Assembly: GCA_963666835.2 (NCBI GenBank)
Contig: CAXXGO010000001.1
Coordinates: 1,824,001 to 1,888,000, forward strand
DNA: 64,000 bases
Direction: 5' to 3'
DNA from: Phycisphaerae bacterium
GTDB taxonomy: Bacteria; Planctomycetota; Phycisphaerae; UBA1845
The position numbers and the translations under genes were made by a program. How positions within the stretch are numbered: the first letter of the stretch is position 1; the number at the start of each line of letters is the position of its first letter. The notes beneath the pieces are model-generated. The model did no database searches. It was not told the DNA's origin and worked only from the letters and a program-made list of their open reading frames with translations. This document shows, in pieces, positions 48,112 through 58,900 of the stretch.

Positions 48112-48433
48112 GTTTACGCGGACAACGTCGGCGACCGGGCACATTCCCAGGCCTCTGTAGGGGGTGGCCGGATCAGTTGGCGCGGGCGCGCCACCCATCA
48201 GCCGCGCTGCTTGCGTTGGCAAAATAGGCAGAGTACTAAGTCAGGGTCGTGCGCAAGTGGCTGGACTGTGTCTAAGGTACCCTTTGAAAGGCGGCGCGCG
48301 GGTTCCCGTCGGCTTCATCTGCCCTTTTCTTTGACCTCTCAAGATGGTACGCTGACCGTTCCGACCGGTGGTCCTTCCGGCGGCGCGTGGTGGGGCCAGT
48401 GGCGTTTTCAGTATTAATAGCGAGGAATTTAGC

Positions 48434-51142
48434 ATGGCTGAGCCGCAAGATCAGTTCAAGTTTCCGGAAAACGCGTATCGTGAGCTAAAACCGGGCGAGA
48501 CCTTTGTTCCGATGGTGCCGCCGGACAAGACTGTGCCGGAGATCACCGGGCGAGCTTTGATGTTCGGCTTGGCCATGAACATCATCTTCTCGGTGGCGGC
48601 CACGTTCCTGGCCCTGAAGGCTGGGCAGGGGATCGAAACCGCCATCCCGATCTCGATTCTCGCAGTCGGTTTGTCGGGGTTCCTGCTGAAGGCGGGAATG
48701 CGCGGCAGCTCGATCCTCGAGAATATATATGTCCTGGCGATCAGTACGACGTCGGGTTACGTGGCCGGGGGGACGTGTTTCACCATGCCGGCCATCTACC
48801 TTCTGCACCTCGACACGAATCTGGGGATGGGCAAACTGTCGCTCTTCCTTCAGATTGCGTTGGTACCGTTTCTCGGGGCGATTCTGGGGATCATCTTCCT
48901 GATTCCGTTCCGGCGATATTTCGTCAAAGAGATGCACGGGAAGCTTCCCTTCCCGGAGGCAACGGCGACGAACGAGATCCTGGTCACGGGAGCTTCCGGA
49001 AGCACGTCGCAGGCGTGGATTCTGATCTACTCGTTTTTCCTTTCGGCGGTCTACACGTTTGCGGCCACCGGGCTGAAGCTGTTTGCGGACACGTTTACGA
49101 CCGGAATGGCGAAGCTCGAGGCGCTCGGCAAGGAGGGCGTCGAGACGCTGGCGTTTCGAACCGACCTGTTCGAGATGCTAACGAACAAGGTCAAGGCGGT
49201 GTTTGCGATGGGGGCCGGGGCGTACTACTTGGGCCTCGGGTTCATCATCGGGCTGCGTTACGCGTCGATCATCTGTGCGGGGTCGTTCCTCTCGTGTTTT
49301 GTGATTATCCCGCTGCTGGCGCAACTCGACCTGAACGATCTTCAGCGGTTGAACTCGGCATGCAAGGCTATCCATGGCCCGGAGGAGGCTGCCCCACGGT
49401 TTATGTTGGCGGGCTCGTTCGGTGAGAAGTTGGACGAGTTCAGCGGTGAGGCTTTGACCCGTGCACTACCGGCCAACTTGACGGCCGTCCACGGGGAGAT
49501 CCGCGATGCCTTCAGTGGCAACAACGTTGCTTTGGCGGAGAACGCGAGGATCGCCACGGAGACAACCGGAGAAGAATGGCAGATTCGGAGCGAGGAACTC
49601 ACCTTTATCCTTAAAGTGGAGGAAGGTGCCATCGCCGTAAAGGAGGAAGAGGAGAAGGCTCCGGCGTTTACGATCGCGGCGAGTTTTGCGGAGAAACTCG
49701 ACCGGTTTGATCCGCGCCCCGGGATTCGGGAAGAGATTGGCGCGGCGTTCGTCAGCAATGAGCACGCTTTCCTTAAGGACAAAGTTACGATCAAGGTCAA
49801 GAGGCCCGGGGCGGTCTGGGATGTCGTGGATAAGGAGCAGGCTTACGTTCTGCGGGCGGATCCCGAGTCGAATCAGATTGCGGTTTTCGCCAGAGAAGCT
49901 TCCGCAACGGACATCTTCGGTGAGATTCCCAAGAACATGGGCATCGGAGCCATCTTCACGGCGGGGCTGCTGTCCATCATGAAAATGGCCGGCGTGATCG
50001 TTACCGCGTTGCGGCAGGGGCTGGGCAGCCTTTTCCGGAAGGGCGATGGGGTGGTCGCCACGGTCGACCGCAATGACGAGGACCTCAGCTATCCAACGAT
50101 GCTGATTCTCGGGCTCGTGGCGATCGTTGTTATGGTGGTCTTCTTCCGGCTCGTCGTTCTCAACGGCATGGATAGCCCCGGTTGGCTTACTTTCGTCTCG
50201 ATTATCTTGATCCTGATCGTCGCGTTCCTGTTTACTACCGTGTCGGCGTGGGCAATTGCGATGATCTCGGTGACGCCCATCTCCGGCATGACGGTGACCA
50301 CGATCATTATCACGGCCGTGGTCCTCTCTCTGGCAGGTTTGCCCAAGGGCGACGGCGGGATGCTCGCGACATTGCTGGTCGGCGGGGTGGTTTGCACGGC
50401 CCTGTCATTGGCGGGCGGTTTGGTAACGAACTTCAAGATGGGTTACTGGCTGGGGGCCAGCCCCAAGAAGATCACCTGGTGTGCCATCGCGGGGTCAGTA
50501 GTGTCGGCGATTTGCGTCTGCGGGACGATCATGGTCCTGGCTTACAAGCCCGGGTACGACAGCGGGGCTCTGCCCGCGCCGCAGGCCAATATGATGAAGA
50601 GTGCTTTGGAGAGCTTCCTCGGTACCGGCGAGGTGCCGTGGCTGTTGTACGGGGTCGGCGTTGTTATCGCGCTGACTGTAGAGCTGATCGGAATATCCGC
50701 GTTGGCGTTCGGGCTTGGTATGTACCTGCCCATGTATATCAACACCCCGATTCTGATCGGGGCGTTCGTCGCCTACCTCGTCAAGCGAAGTGCCAAGGAC
50801 GAGTCTCTCGGCAAGGCCCGCAGCAACAAGGGTATTCTGATTGCGTCGGGGCTTATCGCCGGCGGCGCTATAATGGAGGTGCTGGTCAACTTTACGGCTG
50901 CGTTCGACGATCTGCTCTTGGGCGCTAAGAAGATGGTCGGCGGCGCCGAAGAGACGGTCGGTGTGATCATGCCGTTTTTGGACATGAGCGGTCGCATGAT
51001 TGACGGCGGCATGGATCCGGAGGCGCTGGCCCGCGTTCAGAACTGGCTCGGGCTGGTTCTGTTCCTGGCGCTCTGTGCGTTCGTCTACTGGGATTGCTTG
51101 AGGGCGAAGCCGGATGCCGATGCCCCGGAAATCCACATGTAG
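48434..51142 (+). CDS. OPT-family oligopeptide transporter with an inserted duplicated soluble domain
   Basis: PEITGRA, LKAGQGIETAIP, KLPFPEATA, TPISGMT, KMGYWLGASP, PAPQA, FGLGMYLP and ASGLIAG motifs; GAGGA before ATG 48434. Confidence 0.92.
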   Translation: MAEPQDQFKFPENAYRELKPGETFVPMVPPDKTVPEITGRALMFGLAMNIIFSVAATFLALKAGQGIETAIPISILAVGLSGFLLKAGMRGSSILENIYVLAISTTSGYVAGGTCFTMPAIYLLHLDTNLGMGKLSLFLQIALVPFLGAILGIIFLIPFRRYFVKEMHGKLPFPEATATNEILVTGASGSTSQAWILIYSFFLSAVYTFAATGLKLFADTFTTGMAKLEALGKEGVETLAFRTDLFEMLTNKVKAVFAMGAGAYYLGLGFIIGLRYASIICAGSFLSCFVIIPLLAQLDLNDLQRLNSACKAIHGPEEAAPRFMLAGSFGEKLDEFSGEALTRALPANLTAVHGEIRDAFSGNNVALAENARIATETTGEEWQIRSEELTFILKVEEGAIAVKEEEEKAPAFTIAASFAEKLDRFDPRPGIREEIGAAFVSNEHAFLKDKVTIKVKRPGAVWDVVDKEQAYVLRADPESNQIAVFAREASATDIFGEIPKNMGIGAIFTAGLLSIMKMAGVIVTALRQGLGSLFRKGDGVVATVDRNDEDLSYPTMLILGLVAIVVMVVFFRLVVLNGMDSPGWLTFVSIILILIVAFLFTTVSAWAIAMISVTPISGMTVTTIIITAVVLSLAGLPKGDGGMLATLLVGGVVCTALSLAGGLVTNFKMGYWLGASPKKITWCAIAGSVVSAICVCGTIMVLAYKPGYDSGALPAPQANMMKSALESFLGTGEVPWLLYGVGVVIALTVELIGISALAFGLGMYLPMYINTPILIGAFVAYLVKRSAKDESLGKARSNKGILIASGLIAGGAIMEVLVNFTAAFDDLLLGAKKMVGGAEETVGVIMPFLDMSGRMIDGGMDPEALARVQNWLGLVLFLALCAFVYWDCLRAKPDADAPEIHM

Positions 51143-51194
51143 CCTGATGACCGGGTAGCCTCTGACGGGCGGCCTGCGTTCGATGATGTTCGAC

Positions 51195-51231
51195 AAGCCC
51201 CGGCACGGCAACTACTGCTGTGCCGGGGCTT
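51195..51231. terminator. Probable bidirectional terminator between the convergent OPT and ftsK genes
   Basis: AAGCCCCGGCACGGCA-ACTAC-TGCTGTGCCGGGGCTT long stem-loop. Confidence 0.65.
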
Positions 51232-51318
51232 CTGCACACGAGCGGTGAAGCTGCTTATGGCATCGAACGCGGAACCGATGGTGCGTAGGCGGCCGAGCTA
51301 CTAAGCCGCACGGCGAGC

Positions 51319-53793
51319 CTACTCGAAGTCGTCGTCGTAAGCGGCCGACACGGTTTCTTCCGCCTCTTCTTCGAGATCTTCTTCTTCCGTCTCCTCGTAT
51401 TCGTCCTCGTCCTGGTCGGCCTCGTAACCTTCATCGAGGTCTTGATCGACCTGGCGGCACATGGCGCCCCACTCCTTGAGGGTTACGAGCACCTCGCGAG
51501 CTTGAGAGCCCTTGTATTCACCGACGATACCGGCGTCGGCCATCTGGTCGATCAGCCGGGAAGCGCGGGAGTAACCAATCGTCAGCCGTCTTTGAAGCAG
51601 GCTGACGCTGCCTCGTTTCGATTCCAGAATAATGCGCACCGCATCATCAAAGAGCGGGTCGCGCATCGTGGCCGCGCCATCCGTATCCGGCGCCTTGATC
51701 TTGACGAGTTCCGGGTGGAACTCCGGCTTAGCCCGGGAGGCCAGGTCTTCGAGAACCGCGTGGATCTCGTCGTCGTCCATGTACGTGCCCTGAGACCGAA
51801 CGAGCTTGTGCGAACCGGGTGGCAGGAACAGCATGTCGCCTTGCCCCAGCAGTACTTCGCCGCCGTTCTGGTCGAGCACGATCCGCGAGTCCATTCGCGA
51901 CGCGACGCGGAAGCACACCCGGGAAGGCAGGTTGGATTTAATCAAACCGGTGACCACCTTGGCCTCCGGGCGCTGCGTAGCGACGATGATGTGAATGCCG
52001 ACGGCGCGAGATTTCTGGGCTAATCGCGAAAGGTGGTGTTCGACCTCCTTGGCGGAAGTCATCATCAGATCCGCCAACTCGTCGATCACGACCACGATAT
52101 ACGGGATGTGGGTGGAGATCAGGGCCTTCTCCGCCTCGGAGCTGGGGTTTAGACGCTTGTAGAGCTTTTCCGCTCCAAGGGCGTTGTACCCGGCGATGTT
52201 CTTGACGCGGGCTTCGGCGAGCAGTTCGTAACGCTCTTCCATCTTGGTGACGGCCCATTCGAGGATTTTCTCCGCCCGAGCCATATCCGTGACGATCGGG
52301 CACATAAGGTGCGGAACGTCTTTGAACTGGCTCATTTCGACCATCTTCGGGTCCACGAGGATCATCTTCACGTGGTCCGGACGTTTGGTCATGAGCAGAC
52401 TCAGGATGATCGCATTAAGGCAGACACTTTTTCCTGAACCGGTCGTTCCGGCCATGAGCATGTGCGGCATCTTGGTCAAGTCGGCCACCAGCGCGGCACC
52501 GCTGGCATCCTTGCCCAGAAAGAGCGGCAGTCCCATTCCGGTGGCGGCCTCACCGGCCAGCATCATCAGCTCCTTGAGCCGGACGGTTTCCTTGCGGGTA
52601 TTGGGTACTTCGATCCCGACGGTGTTCTTACCGGAGATCGGGGCGACTACGCGGATGGCGTGGGCTTTGAGGGCCCGGGCGATGTCGTTTGACAGCGAGG
52701 CAATCTGCGAGACTTTGATCCCGGCGCCGAGCCGCAGCTCGAACATGGTAATCACCGGTCCGGTGTCAATCTCGACTACGCGGGCGTCAAGTCGGAACTC
52801 GGTGAGGGTCCGCTCGAGAATCTTGGCCTGCTCGCGCACGAACACTTCTTGCTGGGCACTGAATCCATAAGTAGGTTCGGTGAGAAGGGAGATCGGTGGC
52901 AAACGCCAGTTCTCAATCTGTCGTGGATAGGCGCTTTTGCGCGTCTGGCGCCGGGGCACCGAGAAGTTGACCTTGAGGGCCTTTTCCGCCTTTCGAGACT
53001 TGGGCGGCAGGGCCTCCTCCTCGCCCTCATCGTCTACCTCTTCCACGGCATCTTCTTCGTCCGGTTCCTCTACTTCGTCCGCCGCACGCTTCTCATCGAA
53101 GAGGGTCTCCTCGGAATCATCCTCGATCTTCTTACTGTTGCGGGGCCGGTTGGTGTTGATCCTCGGAGTGCTTCGACCCGCCGGCGCTGCTGCGGCCACC
53201 GGCCGCGGAATCGTGCCTGCCACCGCGGCTGCCAGCCGCCCGGAGGTCTCGCCGGCGGTTCTCAGCATGGTTGGAAGTTGCAGAACCCAGCCGTGAGTCG
53301 TGAAGACCAAGCCGACGAACAGGCTTGATGCAAGCACCAGCAGCGTTCCAAGGTGTGAGAGATTGCCGGTGAGCAGTTCGCCGAGCGCGTATCCGGCGAG
53401 TCCGCCTGGTCCGACCGGCAAGGTGGAGGCGGATCCCGAAGATAGCAGATGACTCGACGCGGCGGTGCAAAGCACGACCAACGTCAGACCGAAAACACGT
53501 TCCGGAGTATGCCCGAGACGCCCCCGGAGCACCCGAAGGAATGCCGCAAGAGTGGCAAACAGCAGCAGCGGATACGCACCGTCGCCGAGCAGGTATCGAA
53601 GTTCGTACGCGCACCACGCCCCCACGAGACCGCAGGCGTTGGCCGCGGGCACATTGTGGGGATATTGATTGGGGCTGGGCCAATCTCCGGCATCAAACGT
53701 CACCAGCGCCGGCCAGAGAAAGACGGTAAGCGCCACGGCGGCCAGAGAAACCAGCACGGACCGTGTAGGAACTGTCTCATCCGCAAGGGTCAT
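51319..53793 (-). CDS. ftsK: FtsK/SpoIIIE DNA translocase
   Basis: N-terminal TM domain (NACGLVGAW); GTTGSGKS, DPKMVE, VIDELADLM, ATQRP and LLGQGDML motifs; gamma domain SVSLLQRRLTIGYSRASRLID. Confidence 0.96.
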   Translation of the reverse strand: MTLADETVPTRSVLVSLAAVALTVFLWPALVTFDAGDWPSPNQYPHNVPAANACGLVGAWCAYELRYLLGDGAYPLLLFATLAAFLRVLRGRLGHTPERVFGLTLVVLCTAASSHLLSSGSASTLPVGPGGLAGYALGELLTGNLSHLGTLLVLASSLFVGLVFTTHGWVLQLPTMLRTAGETSGRLAAAVAGTIPRPVAAAAPAGRSTPRINTNRPRNSKKIEDDSEETLFDEKRAADEVEEPDEEDAVEEVDDEGEEEALPPKSRKAEKALKVNFSVPRRQTRKSAYPRQIENWRLPPISLLTEPTYGFSAQQEVFVREQAKILERTLTEFRLDARVVEIDTGPVITMFELRLGAGIKVSQIASLSNDIARALKAHAIRVVAPISGKNTVGIEVPNTRKETVRLKELMMLAGEAATGMGLPLFLGKDASGAALVADLTKMPHMLMAGTTGSGKSVCLNAIILSLLMTKRPDHVKMILVDPKMVEMSQFKDVPHLMCPIVTDMARAEKILEWAVTKMEERYELLAEARVKNIAGYNALGAEKLYKRLNPSSEAEKALISTHIPYIVVVIDELADLMMTSAKEVEHHLSRLAQKSRAVGIHIIVATQRPEAKVVTGLIKSNLPSRVCFRVASRMDSRIVLDQNGGEVLLGQGDMLFLPPGSHKLVRSQGTYMDDDEIHAVLEDLASRAKPEFHPELVKIKAPDTDGAATMRDPLFDDAVRIILESKRGSVSLLQRRLTIGYSRASRLIDQMADAGIVGEYKGSQAREVLVTLKEWGAMCRQVDQDLDEGYEADQDEDEYEETEEEDLEEEAEETVSAAYDDDFE

Positions 53794-54057
53794 ATACTTG
53801 TCACTTCCATGTCCGCCGCGCAGGCCTCATTCTGTCATGCCGAACCAATCGCGCACTCGTCCCGAGTCTGCGCATACCCCATCCGCGGGGCTGATAACCG
53901 CACTTTTTAAGCTATCGGCGTTGAAGCTGAAAATGCTGGAACGAAAACGGCTGCGCCAAGCGCACCAAAAACCGTCACCGGGCGGCCAAGATCGCCGGAT
54001 TGGTTTCAAGATCAGATCCGCCGCCGTCGATGGCGGTTGAGTGCCCGATACCGCCGG

Positions 54058-54978
54058 CTAATTGACATCCTTGAGGGTGAACCAAGCGGCGTCGGCCCGC
54101 TCGATCCACTTATTGGGGTCGGCGTCGAATTCCTTCTTTCCGCTGTCACTGGCGAACAGGTAGGTCTTGCCGTTGAACACCGTGAACAGGTCCGGCCGGG
54201 CCGGCTTCAGCATGTGCTTCGACACGGCTTCCGTGCAATGCCCCATGTACTGGGGCACGTACCTGGCGGGATTCTCGAGGAACTTACGCTTCGCTTCGGG
54301 GGACGCCATCCAGTGTACATATCCGTGGAAGGCGACCTTCTGCTTCGGATCGCCCTTAACCGCTACGTTCTTTGTCTGATAGGAGACCGGGCAGAAGCCT
54401 TGATTGTGGGGCTGTTCGAAGTTCTTGCGGGCTTTCTCGATGACACCGCGCGGGTTTGCGACAAACGCCGTCTGCCTCTCGTACGATTCGAAAAGGTAGA
54501 TCTTCCCGCCGAGGTTCATGAAGCATTTGGGATCACCGAGAATGCGGCTCCTGGGCGATTTCGACATAGATAGCAGACAGCAACCGTCCAGTTCGGGCAG
54601 GTAGGCCGTGGGGTCCTGCTCAAACAGCTTCTTCGCGTGCGCGCTGGAGAGCATGTACCGCCGCCCGGCGAACACGTACTGATGGTTCTTCTCACCCCTT
54701 ACGGCTTTGCGAAGCCCGTCCGGCGAGTCCGCTTCGGCAAGTCTGTACGAGACCGGGCAGTATCCGTGCAGGGCGAGTTCCGGGATCGCCGGTGCGGGTG
54801 CTGCGGGTTTGGGCGATGCTGCAGGTGAGGCTTGCGCCGGCTCCGCCTGCGCCGGCTCCGTTTGCGCCTGTTTGGGCTCCTTGCCACCGGCCGAGACCGC
54901 TCCGGCAATCGCCAGGGTCAATACTATGGCCGCAGATACGAGCCCGGATGTACGAGAGTGCCAGCTTCGCGAACGCAT
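54058..54978 (-). CDS. Exported protein with four YHS-like repeats
   Basis: Signal peptide after GGAGGT; G(Y/F)CPVSY twice; four G..Y.F.S....F..(D/N)P-type units. The ORF-track extension to 55368 overlaps the next gene. Confidence 0.8.
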   Translation of the reverse strand: MRSRSWHSRTSGLVSAAIVLTLAIAGAVSAGGKEPKQAQTEPAQAEPAQASPAASPKPAAPAPAIPELALHGYCPVSYRLAEADSPDGLRKAVRGEKNHQYVFAGRRYMLSSAHAKKLFEQDPTAYLPELDGCCLLSMSKSPRSRILGDPKCFMNLGGKIYLFESYERQTAFVANPRGVIEKARKNFEQPHNQGFCPVSYQTKNVAVKGDPKQKVAFHGYVHWMASPEAKRKFLENPARYVPQYMGHCTEAVSKHMLKPARPDLFTVFNGKTYLFASDSGKKEFDADPNKWIERADAAWFTLKDVN

Positions 54979-55177
54979 TCGGTGAACCTCCATCAAGCAG
55001 TAAACTAACGCCAGTTTCTCGACCATCCGAGCCAAGCCGGTCCTGATGACCCGGGTATAATGCCGCCTGTCGAGAGTTAACCCCGCCAGATTATCACGCT
55101 TCAGATGCGTGTTGGCAATGATCTTTCGGTCTTCTGCGGACCGGCCTTCACCCGAGCTGCTCGGCCGTGCGCCTGCG

Positions 55178-55969
55178 TTATGGGGCCTTAGAGACCTCGT
55201 GCAGCGGTAGATCAGGAGTCCCTCGTAACAGAGGCAGCAGGTGGCGGCGCAGAAGGGGAGAGCTGACCCAGCCGGTATGGCCGCCGGTGTGTCCGTCGGC
55301 CTGCAGCTCCGGGGTCCATCGAACCTCCCGGAGCTTGCGGTATTCGTCGACATCATCGGCAGAGGCACTTTCGGGGATGCTGAAGCTGGTCATGCCTGCC
55401 GCCGCAGAGTGTTTGCGGTCGGTCGTTCCGAAAATGCGCGTGCCAAGTCCCAAAATACCGCGGTCCCGTCGGCTGACGAGAGCGAAGCACCGTTTCGCGG
55501 AACGCAATGCCGGACCGAGATTATACTGTGGCGACAACGCCGGGCAGGCCAGGATCAGCGTGTCGACCAGTTGCCGCCCGCGCAATCGTTCCAAAGCAAA
55601 AACGGCGATGCCCGCGCCACCGCTGTAGGCAAGAACGTGAATCACCGTGCGAGGATGGGCTCGCCGGAACGCGAGGAGCTTGCGGGCGAGCTTGCCGGCC
55701 ATAAGGCGATTACGCCGCAACCACATCAGGTCCGTCCAAATCTCGCCCGGGACGCCGAACTGCCAGTTGAACACGATGGTGCCCAGCTCGATACCCTCCT
55801 GCCGAAAAGCTCGGCGGACCAGCAGCGGAGCGAACTGGCATCCGCCGACCCCGTCCAGAATGAACACGACCTCTTCGTCAAGCGACCCGCAATGCTCCGG
55901 GACGCCGCGACGGGTAAGCTCGGCAAGATAGGCCGAAATCGCGGCAACTCTGGTTAACAAGAATCCCAT
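55178..55969 (-). CDS. Alpha/beta-fold hydrolase
   Basis: VFILDGVGG; nucleophile elbow LAYSGG; LACPALS; GGH near the C-terminus. Confidence 0.75.
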   Translation of the reverse strand: MGFLLTRVAAISAYLAELTRRGVPEHCGSLDEEVVFILDGVGGCQFAPLLVRRAFRQEGIELGTIVFNWQFGVPGEIWTDLMWLRRNRLMAGKLARKLLAFRRAHPRTVIHVLAYSGGAGIAVFALERLRGRQLVDTLILACPALSPQYNLGPALRSAKRCFALVSRRDRGILGLGTRIFGTTDRKHSAAAGMTSFSIPESASADDVDEYRKLREVRWTPELQADGHTGGHTGWVSSPLLRRHLLPLLRGTPDLPLHEVSKAP

Positions 55970-55988
55970 GGTTTAGTGGTCCGTGCGG

Positions 55989-58900
55989 CTAAGCCGGATT
56001 GCCGTTCGGTTTCTTCTTGGTCTTCCCTGGTTCACGGGTCAGGATCCTGAAGATCTCGGATCGCTTCAATGACTCCAGGAAACGCACGTCGCTCAGCCCC
56101 ATCTCGAAGTGGCAGACTCCGGACATCGTACACCACGAGCACGGCGAGAACGTGCCGAGGCGGTACGGCTTCACCGTGATGCAACCGTCCAGAATGCCGT
56201 CGGCCAACTCTCCAAGCTTCAACCGGGTGTGGTCGAGCACGGCTTGGAACGACTCGGCGTCCGCCCCGTCGCCCGAGTCCACATGTCCGAGCGATCCGTC
56301 CTTTTTCACGTAGACGCTGAAGAACTCCGACCGTCCCGTACCGGCGGACGAGTCCAGCGCGGAAAGACCGTCAATATTAACGAGCCCGCGCGGGCGAGCG
56401 ACGCCGGACAACAGCGCGTCGGGCGAATCGGTTGATTCAGGCCCGTCGACCACGTCGTACGTCGGAGTCAGGCTCACGTACAACGCGGCAATCGGACGGA
56501 TCGGGCGACCGGCGAGCGTCTCCCCGCGCTCCGCCAGGGCGAGCAGGTAGGCCGGTAGTTGAAGCGATAGCCCGTGATATACCTCGGCCAGCTTGAGTCT
56601 CTTATCCACCGTGCGTTTGTAATCGATAACCACGCCGAGCAACTCGTCCCCGACTTCGGCCAGGTCTACCCGATCGATATAGCCGCGCAAGAACACCCGC
56701 CGTCCGGCCGGGGTTGACAGCTCGACGGCTGGGAGGCTCCCCGGAGCCTCTACTCCGAACGGCAACTCTGCGGATCGCGGCTTACTAACCCCCGCGCGGG
56801 AGATGTCGCGTTGCGCGCGCAGAATCCGGCCGATCCGCGCCGCACTCCGGCGCAGCTCGTAGGTTTGCCGGGCATTGGAGAGCACCCCCCGATCGGGAAG
56901 ACGAAGGGCAACTCTGTGACAACTCTCTGTCAGGTTCGAGAGCAGTTCCTCCTCGCTGAGTCCGCCCAGGGCCTGGTGACGCCCCGTCAGATTCCTAACC
57001 AGATCCTCCAGAATCGCGTGGTGCACCTGCCCGACATCCACCGGGGCGAGCACCGCTTCGGCGCGTTCGCGAAGCCGTAGCATGTACTTGGCGAAGTACT
57101 GGAAGGGGCATGTCGCGTAGGTCTCTAATTGGGAAACACTGGTTCGGAAAGGCCCGGCCAGTAGACGCTCAATTGACCGCGGCGACAGCGCCGCGCCACT
57201 GGGTTGCCCCAGCGAGCTCAAGGCCCGGCAGAACCCCGGTTCCTCTGAGATACGACCCCGGACCCGGTCGTACAGCCCGTTCCAACGGGTCCTCGTGTCG
57301 GGGGCGTCCATGTCTCGGCTCGGTCTGGAGCGGAACTCCGAGACAAGCCGGCCGGCCAGGTCTCGCATCGTCAGAATGTCCCACATCTCTCGACTTTGAT
57401 CTCCAGTCGAGACCGCCTTCGACGATAGCCCCGGTAGGGCCTCTCGAAGCGTGGCGACATAAGGGGACGGCCGCAGTTCCTTACCGTCGGAGTCGGTGGT
57501 CGAGTAAGTCAACACGCAGGTCTCGGCGGCGCGGGTGACGGCGACATAAGCCAGCAGCGTTTCGTCGAGCAACCGCTCACGAGTGGGCCCGGTCACCCGT
57601 ACACCGTTGCCGCGCAGCAACGTCCGGTCATCATCATTGAGGATGGGCCCTTCCGTAGCGGATCTGGGGAACACGCCGTCGTTGAACCCGATGATGAGCG
57701 CCGCCCGAATCTCGGGATGACGGCTTCGCTCAATTGAACCGATCAGAACCTGGTCAATCATCGGTGGGGCCAAGCCGAGAGTCAGCCCGGCCAATCCCGT
57801 GTCCAAAACTCGGGCCAGTTCTTGCGTCGAAAGGAGCGTCTCGGAGAACGCGAACGCCAAGTCATCCAGGAAGGAAGCGACATCCCGAAGGACCTGCTCA
57901 TGCTCGTTGGCCTGGTCGACATCACCGTCACTTTCGGCCAGCTCGGCCCACTCTTTCAACAAACCTGCCACGTTAAGGCGATCGAGCCAACTGCGGATTG
58001 CGTTTGCCCACGCAGGACCGTCGTGTTTCTCTGGTCGGCTGGCAAAATCGAGCCACGGGTTGAGAGATTGGAGCAACTTCCGGCGGGTTTCGTTCACTCG
58101 TTGAAGATAGGCGGTTTCGGTTTCGCTGAGTTCCTCCTTCTTGTCTTCTGCCGTGAAGGATGAGCGCGTGAGAAACGTCCAATCCCCCCGCCAGGCCTCG
58201 AGCCCTTCGATACCGTGGGCGACCAGGTAATTCTCGAGTTCATCGGCGGCGTCGGGCGCCAGGTCGACAAGAGAAGTCTTTAATGCGATTCGTACCGAGT
58301 CGAGTGACAGATCATGCTCGGCCATGGCTCCTGCCGCTCGGAGCAACTCCACCAGGGGGTGATGGGCAATAGGGCGCCGCTGGTCCACAAAGCACGGGAT
58401 GTTCCGCGATTCAAACGCCTCACGCAGCAGATCATGGTAGTTGCCCAGGTCGCGCACTATCACGGCGACGTCGCGATACCGCATCTTGCCTCGGCGAACC
58501 CAGTCGTGGACCCGGGCAACCGCGTAATTTGCCTCGGCGCGCTGGTTCGGTAGCTCGACAAGCTCGACACCGTCCGCCGGGCCGGCTGGATGAGCCGGGC
58601 GTGCTCCGGCTAGGTAGTCCTCCAGACGCGCGAGTCCCTTCGAAGCCGTGAATCGCGGTGGGGCGGGTGGTTCCAGGATCCGGGGCTCTTCGACCTGCAC
58701 GCCCGCGGCGGTTAACGTCCGGTGGAGATCGCGGTAAGTTCGACCGGTCTTCCGGAAAAGCGCTCCGGGTTGACCTGCGGATCCTGGTGCCCGGGTCGCC
58801 GACAATGACGCCCGATCTGCCAGGAGCGTTATGTCAATATCCCGGCAGTAGGCGGCAAGGGCGACCAGAGTCCGCATCTCCTGGCCGCTGAACGACGCGA

